DNA of 32,000 nt from Wolbachia endosymbiont of Onchocerca ochengi (lineage in GTDB: Bacteria; Pseudomonadota; Alphaproteobacteria; Rickettsiales; Anaplasmataceae): NCBI RefSeq assembly GCF_000306885.1, contig NC_018267.1, positions 120,001-152,000 of the forward strand, written 5' to 3'. The notes below the pieces were generated by a model. It saw only the letters and a list, made by a program, of their open reading frames with translations. It did no database searches and was not told the origin of the DNA. Shown one piece after another: positions 18,673 to 32,000 of this stretch. Positions within the stretch are counted from its first letter, which is position 1. Every line of letters begins with the position of its first letter. The translations under genes were made by a program, and so were the position numbers.

Positions 18673-19845
18673 ATGGCACAAATAGTAGAAGCATTTGGTA
18701 AGCCACATGTAAATGTGGGAACAATAGGACATGTCGATCATGGGAAAACAACGTTAACAGCTGCGATAACAAAGTATTATGGAAATTTCGTAGCATACGA
18801 TCAAATAGATAAAGCACCTGAAGAGAGAAAAAGGGGAATAACGATAGCAACAGCACATGTTGAGTATGAAACAGATAAGAAACACTATGCACATGTTGAC
18901 TGTCCTGGGCATGCTGATTATGTGAAAAATATGATAGTAGGTGCAGCACAGATGGATGCAGCTATATTAGTAGTGTCTGGAGTTGATGGACCAATGCCGC
19001 AAACAAGAGAGCACATATTACTTGCAAAACAAGTTGGTGTTAAATATATCGTTGTATATATAAATAAAGCTGATGTAGCTGATCACGATATAATTGGCTT
19101 AGTGGAAATGGAAGTCAGAGAATTGTTGAGTAAGTATGAATTTCCTGGTGACGATGTTCCTGTAGTGATTGGGTCTGCATTAAAAGCGCTAGAAAGTGAA
19201 GATAGTGAATACGGAAAGAGATCAATAGAAAAATTGATGGAAAAGTTAGATGAATATGTAGCAGTTCCACCAAGACCTGTGGATCTACCATTTTTAATGC
19301 CAATTGAGGATGTATTTTCAATACTAGGACGTGGAACAGTAGTAACAGGAAGAATAGAAAGGGGAGAAATAAGAACAGGCGAAGAGATGGAAATAGTAGG
19401 TTTAAAAGCGACACGAAAGGCAATATGTACAGGAGTAGAAATGTTTAAGAAGTCTCTAGATAAGGGATGTGCTGGATTAAATGTAGGGGTATTACTAAGA
19501 GGAACGAAAAGAGAAGAAGTAGAAAGAGGTCAAGTGTTGGCAAAGCCAAATTCAATAACACCGCATAAAAAGTTTAAGGCAGAAGTATATATATTAAAGC
19601 AAGAAGAGGGAGGGAGACATACACCATTTTTTGAAAATTATCAGCCGCAATTTTACATAAGAACTACAGATGTGACAGGAAGTATAAAATTGCTGAAAGG
19701 GAAAGAGATGGTAATGCCAGGAGATAATGTGAGCATAGAAGTAGAATTGCAGGTACCGATAGCAATGGATAAGGGATTACGTTTTGCGATAAGAGAAGGT
19801 GGTAGAACTGTTGGTTCTGGTGTTGTTTCCGAAATTTTGGAGTAG
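18673..19845 (+). CDS. tuf: Elongation factor Tu
   Basis: 390 aa. [37 protein letters not shown]-terminus [17 protein letters not shown]. Confidence 0.97.
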   Translation: MAQIVEAFGKPHVNVGTIGHVDHGKTTLTAAITKYYGNFVAYDQIDKAPEERKRGITIATAHVEYETDKKHYAHVDCPGHADYVKNMIVGAAQMDAAILVVSGVDGPMPQTREHILLAKQVGVKYIVVYINKADVADHDIIGLVEMEVRELLSKYEFPGDDVPVVIGSALKALESEDSEYGKRSIEKLMEKLDEYVAVPPRPVDLPFLMPIEDVFSILGRGTVVTGRIERGEIRTGEEMEIVGLKATRKAICTGVEMFKKSLDKGCAGLNVGVLLRGTKREEVERGQVLAKPNSITPHKKFKAEVYILKQEEGGRHTPFFENYQPQFYIRTTDVTGSIKLLKGKEMVMPGDNVSIEVELQVPIAMDKGLRFAIREGGRTVGSGVVSEILE

Positions 19846-19859
19846 AAAGTTTTAGCTAT

Positions 19860-19932
19860 AGGAGTGTAGCTTAATTGGTAGAGCGCTGGTCTCCAAAACC
19901 AGAGGTTGTAGGTTCAATCCCTACCGCTCCTG
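19860..19932 (+). tRNA. trnW: tRNA-Trp (anticodon CCA)
   Basis: Cloverleaf read by eye. Acceptor AGGAGTG / CGCTCCT (one G-U pair), D-arm TAGCTTAATTGGTAGAGC, anticodon stem CTGGT/ACCAG with loop CTCCAAA (CCA), T-arm GTAGG-TTCAATC-CCTAC, discriminator G. The 3' CCA is not encoded. Confidence 0.9.
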
Positions 19933-19953
19933 CATTATAATGTTGCATTAGAG

Positions 19954-20154
19954 ATGTTAAAGAGTTTAAGTAGTTTTTTTTATGATATAAAACAAGAAAT
20001 AAGAAAAGTTGCCTGGGCAAAAAAACAAGAGGTACTATCATCTTTATTTGTTGTAGCAGGTGTTATATTATGCTTTTCAGTTTTCTTTTGTTTAGTAGAT
20101 TTTATATCCCTCTACATAATTAAAGCCTTATTTGGAATTGTTTATGGAATATAA
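19954..20154 (+). CDS. secE: Preprotein translocase subunit SecE
   Basis: 66 aa. IKQEIRKVAWAKKQEV followed by a single TM helix, at the conserved position before nusG. Confidence 0.8.
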   Translation: MLKSLSSFFYDIKQEIRKVAWAKKQEVLSSLFVVAGVILCFSVFFCLVDFISLYIIKALFGIVYGI

Positions 20155-20974
20155 ATGGCACATCATTAAAATTAATTATGGGCATGAAAAACATATACGT
20201 GAGTTGGTAAGTAATACTCCTTATTTCAAAGAGGTGTTTATTCCTTATCAAACAACGCGCAGTTTAAAATCTGACATACAAGAATTATGTAAAATATATA
20301 TATATATGCATCTGTGTGATGAGAGTAAGAATATATTAAATCAAACATTAAAATGCTGCAGCAGCATAACTGATAATCTTGAAGCAGTTTCAGACGATGA
20401 AGTAAGTCTGAAGCATAGAGAATTCAATAAATACAAATGGTACATCTTAAGGGTTGTTTCTAATTATGAAGAGAAAGTATGCCAACACATATTAGAAAAC
20501 TCTATGAGATTAGGGGTTAGTAATTATTTTAAGGAAGTTTTTATTCCATATGAAGAACCAAATGAAGCAGAGTTAAGATCTAAAAAAACTGCTACACGAA
20601 AGAGGTGTTTTCCTGGTTATGTTTTTTTATATGTAAATTTGTGTGACGAAGTATTAAATTTTATCAATAATATACCAAAATCTCTTAAAGTTTATGGATT
20701 CTTAAAAAATGGTAACGTTCCCAAAGTAATTTCTGATGATGAGATTTACTTAATGTGTAATGCACTCTATAACGCTCAAGAGAAGAAAAAATCAAGTCAT
20801 GGTTATGAAAAAGGAGAAAAGGTAAAGATTAATGATGGCCTTTTTCAAAATTTTATTGGTAAAGTAGATATGATTAACAATGAGAAAAAAATTATCAATG
20901 TAGAAGTGTCAATTTTAGGTAAACCAACAATAATAGAGTTGGATTTAGCGCAAGTAGAGAAAGTAGAGAATTAG
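20132..20974 (+). CDS. nusG: Transcription termination/antitermination factor NusG with an N-terminal extra NGN-like module
   Basis: aa 101-205 form an NGN domain (YKWYILRVVSNYEEKV..., CFPGYVFLYV). aa ~225-275 form a KOW domain (GEKVKINDGLFQNFIGKV...). aa 7-91 repeat the NGN pattern (see finding). Alternative ATG starts lie at 20144 and 20306. The ORF overlaps secE by 23 nt. Confidence 0.85.
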   Translation: MELFMEYKWHIIKINYGHEKHIRELVSNTPYFKEVFIPYQTTRSLKSDIQELCKIYIYMHLCDESKNILNQTLKCCSSITDNLEAVSDDEVSLKHREFNKYKWYILRVVSNYEEKVCQHILENSMRLGVSNYFKEVFIPYEEPNEAELRSKKTATRKRCFPGYVFLYVNLCDEVLNFINNIPKSLKVYGFLKNGNVPKVISDDEIYLMCNALYNAQEKKKSSHGYEKGEKVKINDGLFQNFIGKVDMINNEKKIINVEVSILGKPTIIELDLAQVEKVEN

Positions 20975-20976
20975 CT

Positions 20977-21417
20977 ATGAGTATTATAATTGCTAAGATT
21001 AACTTATTAATGGAAGCAGGAAAAGCAGTTCCAGGTCCAAGAATTGCTTCAGTACTTGGTCCACGTGGCATACCACTTCCTAAGTTTTGCGAGGCTTTTA
21101 ATAAAGCCACCAGTACAGCTGGTGCCAATTATAAGGTGGGTGATTTAGTAACAGTGCGAATTTCCGTAAAGGATGATCGCTCCCATGATTTTACCATCAG
21201 TGGCCCACCTGTGACTTATCTGCTAAAACAAGAAGCTAAATTAAATAAAGGTTCTCGTCAACCAGGTAAAGAATTGGTGGTCAAGTTGACTATATCTACT
21301 ATAATCAAAATAGCAAGATATAAAATGGTTGACATGAAAGTGGACAATGAAAACTCAGCAGTGAAAATGGTTATAGGCACTGCTAAATCTATGGGCATAG
21401 AAGTTATAGAAGGGTAA
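20977..21417 (+). CDS. rplK: 50S ribosomal protein L11
   Basis: 146 aa. [32 protein letters not shown], at the conserved position. Confidence 0.95.
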   Translation: MSIIIAKINLLMEAGKAVPGPRIASVLGPRGIPLPKFCEAFNKATSTAGANYKVGDLVTVRISVKDDRSHDFTISGPPVTYLLKQEAKLNKGSRQPGKELVVKLTISTIIKIARYKMVDMKVDNENSAVKMVIGTAKSMGIEVIEG

Positions 21418-21421
21418 AAGT

Positions 21422-22081
21422 ATGGATACGCATTACAATAATCCTAAACAATGCTTAGAAAAGGTTATTGAATCTGCTTCGGCAAAGTTTAATGAATCAA
21501 TTGATATTACAGTCAATTTAGGTGTAGATTCACACAAATCTGAAGAACAGGTGCGTGGTACAGTAGTTTTGCCTAGAGGTACTGGAAAAAATATTAAAGT
21601 AGCTGTTTTTGTTCAAGGTAATCATTTATTAGAAGCTGAAAAAGTCAATGCTGATATTATAGGAGGAGAGGATTTAGTTGAAGAAATAAAAAAGGGTAGA
21701 AAGTTGAACGTTGACTGGTGTATTACCACTCCTGATTTTATAGCAAAGATTACTCCTATTGCAAAAATATTAAGTGCTAAAGGACTAATGCCTAATCCTA
21801 AATTTGGTACCGTAACTTCTAACATTGCAGAGACTATTAAAACTATTAAGTCTGGTCAAATAAAGTTTAGGACAGATAAAAATGGTATCATTCATGGTAA
21901 ATTAGGAAACACTAAGTTTAGCGTTGATGATTTACTAGAAAATTTGAAAGCTTTTCTTAAAGCAGTTAAAAATAATAAACCTGTGTCTGCGAAAGGGATA
22001 TATTTTAAGAACGTCTTTTTAAGTTCGACTATGGGTAAAGCTTATGAAATAAGCAAAGTGGAAGATATAGTTAGGGAGTAA
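21422..22081 (+). CDS. rplA: 50S ribosomal protein L1
   Basis: 219 aa. [36 protein letters not shown]. Confidence 0.95.
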   Translation: MDTHYNNPKQCLEKVIESASAKFNESIDITVNLGVDSHKSEEQVRGTVVLPRGTGKNIKVAVFVQGNHLLEAEKVNADIIGGEDLVEEIKKGRKLNVDWCITTPDFIAKITPIAKILSAKGLMPNPKFGTVTSNIAETIKTIKSGQIKFRTDKNGIIHGKLGNTKFSVDDLLENLKAFLKAVKNNKPVSAKGIYFKNVFLSSTMGKAYEISKVEDIVRE

Positions 22082-22085
22082 TACA

Positions 22086-23031
<946 letters not shown>

Positions 23032-23087
23032 GATGCTTATTTAAACATACTAATTCCATATTGATGCAGCATTTTTAGTTAGTTTGA

Positions 23088-31619
<8,532 letters not shown>

Positions 31620-31667
31620 ATAAACTACCAAGAATAGTGCTCAATTAGTACCTACAATTGTGCAGAT

Positions 31668-31688
31668 GCTACATGTGGCAGTTTTTTT
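31668..31688 (+). terminator. Weak rho-independent terminator candidate after rpoBC
   Basis: Short imperfect hairpin GCTACATGTGGC (31668-31679) followed by AG and a run of seven T (31682-31688), about 50 nt after the rpoBC stop. The stem is short, so confidence is low. Confidence 0.3.
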
Positions 31689-32000
31689 ATGTAGTTTCCG
31701 TTACCAAGCATTGAAGTGACAAAATTTACAGCTCTTGATTAAGTTTTTAGGTAAATTACTAAAAACCTTAATTTTAATCAAGTCTAATCAAACTTTATAA
31801 TAATAGTTTATTGCATGCCTCACACGGCTAAATCATTAATACTCTCTCAAACTTTACTGAATTGATAAACACAGTTTTAAAATGCTTACTGCTTAAATTC
31901 AAGTATACATCAATTTTTCTATTGTGAATACTAAATTTATAAACCACTGATATTCTTGCTCTTCTTTTTTATCCATAATTTAAAATTATCGTTTTAAGTA

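Noticed and set aside
18671-19423. Long minus-strand ORFs antisense to tuf (18671-18949 and 19115-19423). Similar antisense ORFs occur inside virB6, murD, fusA and rpoBC (for example 1002-1328, 7605-8642 on the plus strand, 17275-17841, and 25112-31486 on the minus strand).
   Set aside because: They lie entirely within strongly supported conserved genes on the other strand. Their products are low-complexity (L/F/H/S-rich) with no motifs. They are explained by codon-position composition of the real genes, not independent coding.

Overview
AT-rich bacterial chromosome segment that looks like a Wolbachia-type (Anaplasmataceae) endosymbiont. This is inferred from gene content and the fused rpoB-rpoC ORF; no database search was possible. 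Left to right: (1) two tandem extended virB6 paralogs of the Rickettsiales-type type IV secretion system, the first running off the left edge, plus a tightly coupled 213-aa acidic ORF. (2) Scattered housekeeping genes: rsmD, murD, a 2Fe-2S ferredoxin, a signal-peptide hypothetical, ccmH, ddl and ftsQ. (3) One long co-directional core block, rpsL-rpsG-fusA-tuf-tRNA-Trp-secE-nusG-rplK-rplA-rplJ-rplL, followed by a single 2840-codon rpoB-rpoC fusion. Three tracts have no credible ORF: 6152-7471, 10706-12373 and 14059-15713, together 4643 nt or about 14.5% of the window. Multi-frame reading shows they contain gene wrecks: a recO pseudogene, a degraded IS5-family transposase, and a roughly 285-codon broken minus-strand gene. 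I saw no rRNA, no CRISPR array and no convincing novel multi-gene system, so most of the window is conserved core machinery. The observations most worth a second look are a diverged tandem duplication of the NGN domain inside nusG, a codon-usage mosaic in tuf that contrasts with all its neighbours, loss of recO and absence of ftsA after ftsQ, and the virB6 extension architecture with its coupled acidic ORF.
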